A DNA stretch of 64,000 bases from a virus, in the IMG/VR virus record IMGVR_UViG_3300032401_000008, positions 3,858 to 67,857 of that record. The stretch is one strand, 5' to 3'. Position numbers and translations under genes: made by a program. The notes beneath the pieces were generated by a model, which searched no databases, was not told the origin of the DNA, and saw only the letters and a program-made list of their open reading frames with translations. Shown piece by piece: positions 47,508-57,606 of the stretch. Positions within the stretch are counted from its first letter, which is position 1. Every line of letters starts with the position of its first letter.

Positions 47508-47964
47508 AGTAAAAACATATAACTGGGATTTAGCTGCAAATGATTCATTTAGAAGTATAGAGACCTTGTTATATAACATAAATACTATTCTTCAAGATAC
47601 AATAGCCGAAAATAGTGTACTAGTAGCCAGTGTTGTTAATCAAGCTACTGGAACTTATAACTACTACATTGACATGTCTGGTTACAGACGCTTAGGTGTT
47701 CAGCTGTATTTACCTACTTTTACAGATGGGTCTACTATAAAAGTCTATGGCACTATGCAAAATGATGGGACTGTAGCAGCCTCCTGTGCTTATGCCGACA
47801 TAACGGTCCCGGCATTCGGGGAAAGCAGTTTTACTGATACGGCATTTTTACTGGATGACCTAGGTACTTGTGGTCTATTTCATTATATTAATATACGGGT
47901 AGTTATTGGTGCTGGTGGCGGCGGTGTTGATGCCTACACAATCTGGGCCAAGAAAACAAATTGA
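47503..47964 (+). CDS. virion decoration/fibre-like protein, paralogue 1
   Basis: MSxKxxNWD start; YYIDMSGY..STIKVYGT..SC.Y.DIT..GTCG domain shared with 51559 and 52148. Confidence 0.6.
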   Translation: MSVKTYNWDLAANDSFRSIETLLYNINTILQDTIAENSVLVASVVNQATGTYNYYIDMSGYRRLGVQLYLPTFTDGSTIKVYGTMQNDGTVAASCAYADITVPAFGESSFTDTAFLLDDLGTCGLFHYINIRVVIGAGGGGVDAYTIWAKKTN

Positions 47965-48056
47965 GTATACATATTTTAAAAAAGAACAACCTTACTATAA
48001 GAAAGGAAGCAAGTTTGCCTTGGCGTGCATGCTAAGGTTTACTTACTGAAGTCCCC

Positions 48057-48572
48057 ATGAAAAAATTAATATTGTTTCTTGCCTTCTTTGTTGGGTGTTT
48101 TTCGTTTATTCAAGCAGACACAGGAAGGGCGGCTAATCTTCCCATTAGAAGCACATCCATTACAGATGGAAATTCTAAAGCTATTCGTTCAACCGCTCTT
48201 GGAGATCTACTAACCATAGGGTATCCTTTGCTGCTTTCTGTTAATGCTTCTAACTGTGTAGCGGCAACTGCGATCAGCACACAGTTTACACTACCAACTA
48301 CCCCAAGTAAAGTATTTAGAATCTGTGGCGGCGGCGGTCTTTCGTCCTACGCTTTTATTTCTTGTGGGACGAACCCAACGGCTACAACAACCGCAGCTAG
48401 CGGGTTTGTACTGCCTCCTTTAGCAGACGGACAATGCCTGCCCGCCATGGAAATACAGGCGGCAAAATGTGCAGTGATAGGAGGATCTTCTGTTGGAGGA
48501 GCCTCCGCAGCTGGTGGGGCGGTATGCTTTCTTCAGCTGGTTAACCCCACTGGACTTCCTGTAGGGTCGTGA
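48057..48572 (+). CDS. signal-peptide-bearing Cys-containing beta protein
   Basis: MKKLILFLAFFVGCFSFIQA Sec-type signal. Confidence 0.6.
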   Translation: MKKLILFLAFFVGCFSFIQADTGRAANLPIRSTSITDGNSKAIRSTALGDLLTIGYPLLLSVNASNCVAATAISTQFTLPTTPSKVFRICGGGGLSSYAFISCGTNPTATTTAASGFVLPPLADGQCLPAMEIQAAKCAVIGGSSVGGASAAGGAVCFLQLVNPTGLPVGS

Positions 48573-51496
48573 ATATGATGCGTACTGCAATAGTCTGTTT
48601 GCTTTTGCTTGTAGGACTAGCTGCAAAAGCAAATGACGATGAAGAAGGATATTCCCCAAACCTGCTGGTTATGTCCTATGATTTTACATACAACGGTAGA
48701 TACACTACCTATAGTGGGATACCTTCTGGTTGTTGGACATTCGAAACTTCTGTTGGGGCGACCCTGCCCGCTGAATGCGCCGGGACTACTGTGCTTACCG
48801 TCGCAGGTAATCCTAGCAAAGTAACCGATGCGACCTATCCTACCGGAATTGGAGCCACTTCTCCGCAAGGCTACGCCTATCGCCTGGACGGAACCGGAGA
48901 CTATCTCTCAGTTTCTAATGGCGCGGGCGGATCAATATACAACCCAGCAGGAGCATTCAGCATCTTTGTTGTAATAACACCGACTACAGGATTTACTACC
49001 GGGGATACAATTGTGTCCAAAGGCACGCCTACTGCCAACCAGCGCGGATGGCGCTTATATGCTAGCACGGCTACTACGGCTGCGTTTGCTGTCACTGATG
49101 ATGGAACTTCTGGTGTTGGGCACATGACAACACTTACTAGATCTACAGCTTTTGCAGTCGGACGCCAGGCGTGTATTGTAGCCAGTTATTCTGGTGGAGT
49201 AGATGGTGCAATATCTGGCTTTTTGCTGGTTGACTCACTAGCGGCTACAACTAGTGCTGTCATGGATGGGCCTGTCTACGCTAATTCTGGGCCACTAACT
49301 CTAGGTGCGGATGGCGATACTACCGGGGATGCACCAATGGAGATACACCATTTCGAGTACCTAGGGGGTGCAGCTCTAACTCAGGCCGAAGCACTTTATA
49401 AGTGTAGATACTGGTACGGGACTACTGCCGTTAAAGGATCAGCATTGGCTATCACCTATTCAGTACCCGCAGCTTTTCCTTATGCTCCTCCTGATTCAGG
49501 GACTGAGCCTTGGCTGCTTACCCCCGCACCTAACTGCGCACGGGTTGGATCACCTGAAACTGGTAGAGGGGGCCTCTACGGTAGCTCGTCAATAACAAAC
49601 AACCTGTACAGGGCGCAGATCTGCAAGACCGTCTCTGGAGGTCACCCCTCTACAGGCGGTTGGGCAGTTCCAACTGAGGCTCCTGGGGATGGGTCTGCTG
49701 ATGTGGTCTGTAGTACTACGAGATATGCTGAGGGCTATGAATCCCTGCGAATGGACCTAGTGGGTACAACCAGCGTGGCGCAGCAATGTTCGATTTGTTA
49801 CACCTCTGCATCCGTAATTGCGGCCAAAACATATTTTAGTGCTCAAGTTTTACCCTCTGCTAACTCGACCCCAGTATTGACCCTAGAAGAATACGATACG
49901 GCGGCTTGTGGCACCTTGCTGGCGACAAATACTGCGACCTTGGTACTGGACACACCTGGCTGGGATTCCTATGGTGGGGCTATTGCGGCGGCGTCTTGGA
50001 ACGCCTCCACCTCTAGTTATCGGATTTGCATGACTGAAACTTGTAATGGGGGCTGCACAACATATTGGGACGCTCCACAACTGCGGGCCTCAGGTACCCC
50101 GTCTGGGACCAGCGCTATCCCAACAGACGGGTTCTGCGGCGGGAATGCAGATTCGACAGCAGCTTGTGGACCCAGCAACTACGCTTTCGTAAACCCAATC
50201 CCTCCAGTTGGAAAATTTGAGATCGAACAGGTTCGGTCGTCACCGTCAGACGGTACCGATACAGTATATACTTTGGTGGTCCCAAAAACTGGGGGGTCCT
50301 TTAATAACAGAATACAATGGGTGTTCTCTACCTTCACCCTGTATGATTCTTTGGGCGTAGCCCATTCTGTATCTCCAGGGGTCTCATATAGTTATGCGAG
50401 CAACCATGAATTCAAAGCTGTAGCCTGGAGAGATACAAACCTTATAGTGTCTACATCGGTTGACGACTATGAAGACGGAACTGTATTCTCTGGAGGAGCA
50501 ACCGATGCTATGTCTGCAACTGGCTATATTGGAGGTACTGCCGCTAATTATAATGTCTGGACTAGATACCTGAAGATCCGCAAGAAGGTTACCGGAACTA
50601 CTCTTAGTGGAGATCCCAACTGGTATCCTGACACCAACTATTGGTCGGTGGTTCAACTGGCAGACACACAGATTGTGGCAGAGTCCTGGCCTGCGGAACT
50701 AGCTCCTCAAGTTGAGTGGATCATAAACCACGCTACAGAACAGAAAACAGGAATGGTCATGCACCTAGGTGACGTAGTTAACACCGAGAATATAGTAGCT
50801 CAATGGACTGTCAGTGACACAGAGTTTTCCAAGTTTGATGCAGCCTCTTTAGCCTGGATGGTAACTCCTGGCAACCACGATTACGTAACCCCTTGGTCCT
50901 CTGATCCTTCAGCGGTGCCAACAACTTTTCTATCGTACTTCGGTCCAACGCGGTTCGAGCTAAAACCATACTGGGGTGGGCGCAGCCTCAACGAATTAAA
51001 TACTTGGACAACAATTAGTCTAGGGGGAGTTACTTATATATTCCTTATGCTTGAGTTAGACACTCCCGCAGCTGCTATCACATGGGCAGAGTCTATTATC
51101 ACTGCTCACCTCGGTGTGCCTGTGATTGTTGGGACTCACCAGTATCTTCTCGACAACACACAGGCACGAAGCACAGTACCTGTTATTCGTACTGGCGGGG
51201 TTGGTGGAGACACATTATGGGCTATGCTAAAAACCCACGATGAAGTTAGAATGGTTTTGTGTGGTCACTATGTTAATGCTAGTGGTGATGGGCACTTAAC
51301 TTCACTCAATGATGCAGGACACGATGTTCACCAGATAATTTCCAACTACCAAGAGCGTTACCACGGAAGTAATCAGCTTGTTCGGTTGTATAGAATATAT
51401 CCAGCCCTCAATATGATGCAAGTTAGAACTTATTCGGTTAGGACAGGCATGTGGGGCTTAGGATCACTAGAACGTTGGGATACCACTTGGCGATAG
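48569..51496 (+). CDS. signal peptide, LamG/ConA-like and CBM-like domains, calcineurin-like metallophosphoesterase
   Basis: LDGTGDYL..FSIFV; YWDAPQLR; LADTQ, HLGDVVN, PGNHD, GTHQY, CGHY. Confidence 0.75.
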   Translation: MNMMRTAIVCLLLLVGLAAKANDDEEGYSPNLLVMSYDFTYNGRYTTYSGIPSGCWTFETSVGATLPAECAGTTVLTVAGNPSKVTDATYPTGIGATSPQGYAYRLDGTGDYLSVSNGAGGSIYNPAGAFSIFVVITPTTGFTTGDTIVSKGTPTANQRGWRLYASTATTAAFAVTDDGTSGVGHMTTLTRSTAFAVGRQACIVASYSGGVDGAISGFLLVDSLAATTSAVMDGPVYANSGPLTLGADGDTTGDAPMEIHHFEYLGGAALTQAEALYKCRYWYGTTAVKGSALAITYSVPAAFPYAPPDSGTEPWLLTPAPNCARVGSPETGRGGLYGSSSITNNLYRAQICKTVSGGHPSTGGWAVPTEAPGDGSADVVCSTTRYAEGYESLRMDLVGTTSVAQQCSICYTSASVIAAKTYFSAQVLPSANSTPVLTLEEYDTAACGTLLATNTATLVLDTPGWDSYGGAIAAASWNASTSSYRICMTETCNGGCTTYWDAPQLRASGTPSGTSAIPTDGFCGGNADSTAACGPSNYAFVNPIPPVGKFEIEQVRSSPSDGTDTVYTLVVPKTGGSFNNRIQWVFSTFTLYDSLGVAHSVSPGVSYSYASNHEFKAVAWRDTNLIVSTSVDDYEDGTVFSGGATDAMSATGYIGGTAANYNVWTRYLKIRKKVTGTTLSGDPNWYPDTNYWSVVQLADTQIVAESWPAELAPQVEWIINHATEQKTGMVMHLGDVVNTENIVAQWTVSDTEFSKFDAASLAWMVTPGNHDYVTPWSSDPSAVPTTFLSYFGPTRFELKPYWGGRSLNELNTWTTISLGGVTYIFLMLELDTPAAAITWAESIITAHLGVPVIVGTHQYLLDNTQARSTVPVIRTGGVGGDTLWAMLKTHDEVRMVLCGHYVNASGDGHLTSLNDAGHDVHQIISNYQERYHGSNQLVRLYRIYPALNMMQVRTYSVRTGMWGLGSLERWDTTWR

Positions 51497-51522
51497 CCTA
51501 AAAAGTTTTCCAGTTTATTAAC

Positions 51523-51563
51523 TAAAAGTTGCAAATGGTACAATAATTAGGAAAATCTATGTC
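51523..51563 (+). repeat. 41-bp direct repeat, copy 2
   Basis: taaaagttgcaaatggtacaataattaggaaaatctatgtc. Confidence 0.9.
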
Positions 51564-52041
51564 GCTAAAAAAGTTTAACTGGGATGAAGATGAAAGTCTT
51601 TCTATTGATATAACACAATTAGGGGGGAATACTATTGCAACAGGATCAGGAGAAGTTACCGCAGGAACAATAAGAGTTGCAGTAGCATCGGAGAATAGCT
51701 CACTAGTATCAGAAACTGATCAAACAGCAGGCACTTACCATTATTATATAGATATGTCTGGTTATAATAAGTTAAGTTTACAATTATATCTACCTACGTT
51801 TACAGCAGGATCTACAATAAAAGTGTATGGAACTAATCAAAGTAACGAGGCAGCTGACTCATGTGTTTACGGCGATATAACCTCCTCGGTATTTGGTATA
51901 AATAGTGTCATATCAACATCTTTCCTTGTAGATGACGTTGGTACTTGTGGAATGTTTCGCTTTATACGAGTAACAGTAGCAATAGGTGCGGGCGGAAGTG
52001 GAATTGATGATTATACTATTTGGAGCAAGAAGTCTAACTAA
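51559..52041 (+). CDS. virion decoration/fibre-like protein, paralogue 2
   Basis: YYIDMSGYNKLSLQLYLPTFTAGSTIKVYGT, close to the 47503 product. Confidence 0.6.
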   Translation: MSLKKFNWDEDESLSIDITQLGGNTIATGSGEVTAGTIRVAVASENSSLVSETDQTAGTYHYYIDMSGYNKLSLQLYLPTFTAGSTIKVYGTNQSNEAADSCVYGDITSSVFGINSVISTSFLVDDVGTCGMFRFIRVTVAIGAGGSGIDDYTIWSKKSN

Positions 52042-52147
52042 CAAAGAGCTTACACAATGGCTTCTATAGTAAGTCAGAGAACAGTTCAAATTGTTAAAGG
52101 AATCCTTTCAAGAAGGCTTTTTGAAACGTAGAGATTAAGGAGATATA

Positions 52148-53407
52148 ATGTCAATTGCTAAATTTAGTTGGGACGCTTCTGGCGCTACAGGTACAGCGAT
52201 TATACAAGGTGAGTATACACCTCCAGCGGGTGATACGCAAATAACTAATATACAAACAGATATAACCGGAAGATTAATTGTAGCTGGTGGCAGCGATGCT
52301 AATATCGTAGAGATTGGCGGTAACGCAATTGGTTCTGACGCAGGAGCCAGTACTGCGGGTACCTTGCGAACCGTAACTGCAAGCGATTCACCCGAGGTGA
52401 CAGCACTGCAAATTATTGACGACTGGGATGAGGGTGACAGAGCCAAAGTCAACGTGATAGTTGGGCAGGCTGGAATAACCGCAGGTGTGGGCGCCGTAGC
52501 AGCTAACACCCCTCGCGTGACTCATGCCTCGGATGATCCTGTTACGACCTCTGTGCAGATTATGGACGACTGGGACGAATCAGACCGCGCCAAAGTAAAT
52601 CTTATTGCTGCTCAAGCAGGTATCACTGGTGGAAACGGCGCCGTAGCAGCTAACACCCCTCGCGTGACTCATGCCTCGGATGACCCCGTAACCACCGCTG
52701 TGCAGATTATGGATGATTGGGATGAATCGGACCGCTGCAAAGTCAACATCAATCTAAACGCAGGTGTGGCAGTATCGGTGAACTCAGGAGCTACTGATGC
52801 AGGGACTATCCGTGTTACTCTAGCAACAGACGGGCCTATTGGCTCTTGCACAAATACCGATGATTCAGCTATCGGAACTAAGGGTCTATCTATCGTCGCC
52901 AAAGCCAAGACCGCTCAGAGAGCAGCCGTAGCTGATGTTGACGCAGTACAAATAGTTTCTAATGAGTATGGTGAGTTAGTTGTCTCTGGTCATACTTGGG
53001 CTACTAGGTCTATTCGCTGTGAAGAAATTGACCCGCTCGATCAAAAGTATGTTGGTGAAACTATTGCAGTAGTAACAAATGCTACAGGCGCACCAACTAC
53101 TTATAACTACTATGTTGATATGGGTGGATATACAAGTATTGGTTTCCAATGGGTATTATCTTTTAGCGCGGGAAGTACAATAAAAGTATATGGTTCACTA
53201 CAAGATGATGGAACAGCTCCCGCTAGCTGCTCGTATAGCGATTTAACTACTGCCCTTTGGGGTGTAGCTTCAATAACCGCTAGCGGAACTAACTTTGATA
53301 CTACGGGAACACTCGGTTTATGTAAATATGTGAAAATAGAAGTAATTATTGGTGTTGCGGGATCGGGGGCAGACGATTATACAATTTATTGTAAAAGAGC
53401 TTGGTAA
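52148..53407 (+). CDS. fibre-like protein, paralogue 3, with 49-aa tandem repeats
   Basis: TAAGGAG SD; repeats VTHASDDPVTT.VQIMDDWDESDR.KVN; same C-terminal domain as paralogues 1 and 2. Confidence 0.65.
   Translation: MSIAKFSWDASGATGTAIIQGEYTPPAGDTQITNIQTDITGRLIVAGGSDANIVEIGGNAIGSDAGASTAGTLRTVTASDSPEVTALQIIDDWDEGDRAKVNVIVGQAGITAGVGAVAANTPRVTHASDDPVTTSVQIMDDWDESDRAKVNLIAAQAGITGGNGAVAANTPRVTHASDDPVTTAVQIMDDWDESDRCKVNINLNAGVAVSVNSGATDAGTIRVTLATDGPIGSCTNTDDSAIGTKGLSIVAKAKTAQRAAVADVDAVQIVSNEYGELVVSGHTWATRSIRCEEIDPLDQKYVGETIAVVTNATGAPTTYNYYVDMGGYTSIGFQWVLSFSAGSTIKVYGSLQDDGTAPASCSYSDLTTALWGVASITASGTNFDTTGTLGLCKYVKIEVIIGVAGSGADDYTIYCKRAW
52370..52750 (+). repeat. 147-bp-period intragenic tandem repeat (~2.5 copies)
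   Basis: ggcgccgtagcagctaacacccctcgcgtgactcatgcctcggatga at 52490 and 52637. Confidence 0.85.
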
Positions 53408-53432
53408 ATACTTTTATATTTAGGAGCTAACC

Positions 53433-54209
53433 ATGGCAGATCTAATTGCAAGTCAACTAGTTAACTTAGACAATAGGGTATCCCTGGGACTTTCTGGAAC
53501 AATTGAATCAACGAATTATGTACTAGAAGTTATAGAAAATCACTTTCATACTGCACAACAGTGCTACGGTGCTTCTAGTAATAACTTCTCACGAGGGTCT
53601 ACAGCAGCCTTTACTATCAACGCTGGAAGCGGAGCCTATGCCGAAGAAATCCAGCTTCACGACGGTACAGTAATAGAATCAGGAAGCACTACTAAGTATT
53701 TTGATATGAATACAATATATGCCTATAGCGTTGCTACAGCAAATAGACTTATATTTCTTCAGTTTATGTACGGTACACAAAATACAGGCGTTACATGCAC
53801 CTTTACAAATGCTACAGAAAAAGTTAACAAGGTTGCCCACGGGCTAACAAATGATACCAAAATAATGTTCTCCAACACGGGAGGAGCATTACCTACTGGG
53901 TTTGTTAACTATATTGTATACTATGTGGTCAATAAAAATAACGATGATTTCCAAGTATCTCTGACAATTGGCGGTGCGGCTGTCACCATTTCTGATGATG
54001 GATCCGGAACAAATAAATATCACACGCTCAATCAAACTATACTCACAGAAACGTATATAGGTTTCGCTTCTACTTCTGCCGATTCGTACCCATTTGTTCT
54101 AAGCGCACTGAGGACTACATGTAACAATAGAGTATGGGTACGCGCTAAGGCAGAGGGTGGAACTAACAGTATCACATGTTTGTTTGGATTGCACACATAC
54201 GGTGCGTAA
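53433..54209 (+). CDS. virion structural protein (fibre/decoration)
   Basis: IENHFH; HGLTNDTKIMF..GALPTG..YYVVNK..DFQVSLTIGG beta-barrel insert. Confidence 0.55.
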   Translation: MADLIASQLVNLDNRVSLGLSGTIESTNYVLEVIENHFHTAQQCYGASSNNFSRGSTAAFTINAGSGAYAEEIQLHDGTVIESGSTTKYFDMNTIYAYSVATANRLIFLQFMYGTQNTGVTCTFTNATEKVNKVAHGLTNDTKIMFSNTGGALPTGFVNYIVYYVVNKNNDDFQVSLTIGGAAVTISDDGSGTNKYHTLNQTILTETYIGFASTSADSYPFVLSALRTTCNNRVWVRAKAEGGTNSITCLFGLHTYGA

Positions 54210-54297
54210 TGCGTATTTTAAATTAGGCTATTTTAGGAGACACATAGATGCATAGCTTTGTATTGTTTAGTATGCCTGCCTCAAATGAGGTATAACC

Positions 54298-56304
54298 GTG
54301 GCCCTAATCGATACCTTAAGATCGAGTGGTGCGCTGGTACTTTACCTTGACCTACGCTCAGGTAATACCTATGACTACAGTGGAAATGCTGCTACTGTTA
54401 CGCTGACAAGTCCTATTTGGAATAGCCGGAACGGATTGAGTTTTGCTGGTAGTACGTCAAAAATAGTAGTCACCGATAAAGCTAGTCTTAGATTAACGAC
54501 TGGGTCTATCGTAGCGCTTAGCATGTTTAAAATAGTCTCTGGCTCACCACAAATAGTAGATAAATCATCTGCTGGTGGAATCAATTATAGGTTTTATTTT
54601 GACACAGCAAATATATATTTACAAGATAATACTGTAAGCAGATCCATCGCCTATTCGTCTATAGCTGGAAAGAAATCCTTGGCAGTCAACTTCGGTGACG
54701 GAACAGCACCAGAGTTTTTCGTTAACGGAGTCAGTATAGGATCGGCAGTAGGAAATAACACAGTTTCAACTACTGTAGATAACGTAACTATAGGTAACGC
54801 CTACGATAGTTCTAACCATTTACGTAATAATCTAAGTGCTGTTGTTATTATCAACCGTAAACTAACAGCAGCAGAACACGCTCAAATATTTGGTGAACTA
54901 CAGGCCATGAAGTGGCCCACTAAAACCATTTCTAGAATAAAGCCTGTCAAAAACATAGGGCTACCCGAAGCTAACTTACTTAGCGCGTTTGAGTTACAGC
55001 AGAATGGTGCTACAGTATATGATAACGGTTCGGTAATGAATAATGCTACAAACATAGGTCCACCTTGGTTCAGTAAAGACCGCATGGGTAAAACGGCTGA
55101 ATTTTATACTCCAATTAACAACGGATCCATTCAGAATGCTGATAACGCCGCATATACATTTGAATTCCCGGTAAGTATGTCGGCCTGGTATAGACCCAAA
55201 ACCGTTGGATCCCCCACCCAAGCCCAAATAGTAGGCAGAGGTTATAGGTCTGTGGAAGGTTCTACTTCACCACTCAACCAAGGTCTCTATGTGGCGAGTG
55301 ACCAAAAAGCATATTTCAAAATGAATTCAAGCAATCTAAATCTGGGCTGTGCTGCCGCTGATATCTTTCGGGTTGGCGTCTGGACACACGTAGCAGCTAC
55401 TTATGACGGTGTAAACGCTACACTTTATATCAATGGTCAGCAATCAGCTCAAACACCGTACTCCACGGCTTGGGTAGAGACAAACAGGCGAATAGTTATA
55501 GGCGGTGAAATCTCTGCTGCCGGTGAATGCCCTGGGCACATAGCAGACTGTAAATACTATCAGCGAGCGCTGAGTGCTGCTGAGATACTACAGGAGTATA
55601 AACGTGGAGCACCGGCAGGCTTTACGGTCGGAGCCGCTAAGCAACAGTCACTAGCAGCTACGGGTAATATCCTTTCCAACTTCTGGACAAACAGAACTTC
55701 AACCGGTGTTACTGGAGTAGAAGTATCGGGTGCGAAAATAATTACCTATGCTCAGGCTAGCGCTGCAAGCATACTTAGGTTAGTCTCTTATACAACGTCC
55801 AATAGATTAAGTTCAACTTATGGCACTTCTTGGCCTGGTCAAATAACTCGCGGACAAGCTTGTTTTGGTACCTGGCAGTGGTACATAAATAAAACGTCCG
55901 ACACGTCAACCGTGCGGCTAGTGCCTATGCTAAACTCTTCTTCTGAATGGGATAGTGGTGGGGGTGTAAACGGTTACCTGTTAGAAATAGATGCAAACGA
56001 AGCTATCGGAGTATACAGAGTAACCACAGCGGCCAAAGCAAGCACAATTATGGTATCGGCCAATGGCTATATTACGCGCAACGTCTGGCACAAGATCAAA
56101 CTAACACGCGCCGTCAAGGGTACTTTTACTCTATACGTTGATGATGTACTTGTTCCCGCTAGCGCAGGAGCTAATCCGGGTTCGGACACCACTTATCTTA
56201 CGGGAGTTGACATAACCCAGGTTAGCTTAACAGACGGGGACAAATTTGCTTTGTCATGCAATACAGGGGCATGTAATTTCCTTCATAGTTACGGGGTGAT
56301 ATAG
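54298..56304 (+). CDS. multi-LamG/ConA-like lectin-domain protein
   Basis: GTAPEFFVNG..VTIGN; WTHVAATYDGVNATLYING..IADCKYYQRALSAAEI; WHKIKLTR..FTLYVD. Confidence 0.75.
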   Translation: MALIDTLRSSGALVLYLDLRSGNTYDYSGNAATVTLTSPIWNSRNGLSFAGSTSKIVVTDKASLRLTTGSIVALSMFKIVSGSPQIVDKSSAGGINYRFYFDTANIYLQDNTVSRSIAYSSIAGKKSLAVNFGDGTAPEFFVNGVSIGSAVGNNTVSTTVDNVTIGNAYDSSNHLRNNLSAVVIINRKLTAAEHAQIFGELQAMKWPTKTISRIKPVKNIGLPEANLLSAFELQQNGATVYDNGSVMNNATNIGPPWFSKDRMGKTAEFYTPINNGSIQNADNAAYTFEFPVSMSAWYRPKTVGSPTQAQIVGRGYRSVEGSTSPLNQGLYVASDQKAYFKMNSSNLNLGCAAADIFRVGVWTHVAATYDGVNATLYINGQQSAQTPYSTAWVETNRRIVIGGEISAAGECPGHIADCKYYQRALSAAEILQEYKRGAPAGFTVGAAKQQSLAATGNILSNFWTNRTSTGVTGVEVSGAKIITYAQASAASILRLVSYTTSNRLSSTYGTSWPGQITRGQACFGTWQWYINKTSDTSTVRLVPMLNSSSEWDSGGGVNGYLLEIDANEAIGVYRVTTAAKASTIMVSANGYITRNVWHKIKLTRAVKGTFTLYVDDVLVPASAGANPGSDTTYLTGVDITQVSLTDGDKFALSCNTGACNFLHSYGVI

Positions 56305-57606
56305 ATGTCTCTCCTAAATAAATACAGTACGCCCGCAGAAAGGCAACGCAAGTGCTCGTTCGCTGAGCGCTTTGACGGACCAGCAGAAGTAGCTAGGAAT
56401 GGCGGAGTTCCTACCGGATCTGTTACATGGGTTAATAACGGTCTACAGCTTAATACAACAACATCCTATGTTGAGTATTCAACCCGTTCTGCAAACGCGA
56501 ATCAGCCCTGGACAGTATATGGGGGAGTCGTTGAATTTACTCCTACCTTTGCTCCTGATGATGGCCTTTCTCATTACTTGGTCTCAACTTCAGCTAACTC
56601 ATACGGGGTCTATAAGCACTCTGCCAGCTCACTTCGGGTTCTAGTCGGCGGAACACAGGTTATTAGTGCGGCGATTGCTGAGTATTCCGCTTACTGGAAA
56701 ATAAACGAAGTAAACCGATTAGCCTGGGCTTGCATAAATGCGTCTAGCTATCTATACCTAAACGGCACACTAATCAAATTCTCTAACACCGCATGGACTG
56801 CGGCAGCAATTACATCCTTCACTATCGGAGCCAGCGCAAACTCCTTTGTTGGCATTATTCATTCGGTAAAGATTTTTACTTCTGCGTCAACAGCTCAAAA
56901 CCTTACAACCAGAGACTTAGAAGTCCTAAGTGCAGGTACTACTTACACTTATTGGCAATCTGCTACTTGTATTATGGACGGTATGGCTGCAAATTACGAC
57001 ATAGCAAACTATAGACACCTGGATCTATCTGGCAATGGTAATCACGTTTTGCTTGGAAACGGGGCAGGCACAGGTACGCCGACAAAGCTATCGACACAGG
57101 GTTATAACTTTGTCTCTGCTAGTTCCCAGTATATGTCTGTACCTTTAGCCGCATGGCCTGGAACTGCCGGGACCCTGTTGCTTGATGTGAGCGTGAGCAC
57201 GAACGCTGCAGCCCATAGCCTATTTGGAACAGATCATACTAGTGGCGGGAACTTCGAAGTATTTTCTAGTGTCTCAGGGGCAAATGACCGGATTATTATG
57301 GGTAACGGTACCGGACAAACCGCGTGCAACTTGGGAGCAGACTTTAGGTGGAATAAAATTATAGTAGGCACAACATGGCTAACTAGTAGTACCGTCAAGG
57401 GCTACACACAGGGGGCATTTGTAGCCTCTAGCAATATCGGGGCTACAACACCTTACACACCTACTACCTCCTGGTGGCTTGGAAGGTATGATTCTTCCTA
57501 TCTCACGGGCACCCTGCGTAGCTTCCTATCTTTCTCTCGTGAACTAAGTTCTATTCAAATCGCTGACGCAACATTACAAATGCAAAAGTGGAGAAATAAA
57601 ATTTAA
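56305..57606 (+). CDS. LamG/ConA-like lectin-domain protein
   Basis: YLYLNG..FTIGA..FVGIIHSVKIF; DLSGNGNH; SRELSSIQI. Confidence 0.7.
   Translation: MSLLNKYSTPAERQRKCSFAERFDGPAEVARNGGVPTGSVTWVNNGLQLNTTTSYVEYSTRSANANQPWTVYGGVVEFTPTFAPDDGLSHYLVSTSANSYGVYKHSASSLRVLVGGTQVISAAIAEYSAYWKINEVNRLAWACINASSYLYLNGTLIKFSNTAWTAAAITSFTIGASANSFVGIIHSVKIFTSASTAQNLTTRDLEVLSAGTTYTYWQSATCIMDGMAANYDIANYRHLDLSGNGNHVLLGNGAGTGTPTKLSTQGYNFVSASSQYMSVPLAAWPGTAGTLLLDVSVSTNAAAHSLFGTDHTSGGNFEVFSSVSGANDRIIMGNGTGQTACNLGADFRWNKIIVGTTWLTSSTVKGYTQGAFVASSNIGATTPYTPTTSWWLGRYDSSYLTGTLRSFLSFSRELSSIQIADATLQMQKWRNKI

Noticed and set aside
48011-48044. Hairpin AAGT..CCTTGGC-GTGCAT-GCTAAGG..ACTT as an ncRNA or riboswitch
   Set aside because: It is a single short stem with no recognisable family features; at most a terminator or processing stem.
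52370-52750. Tandem repeats as DGR template/variable repeats or a CRISPR
   Set aside because: They are in-frame 147-bp coding repeats with mostly synonymous differences that are not adenine-specific, and there are no spacers.
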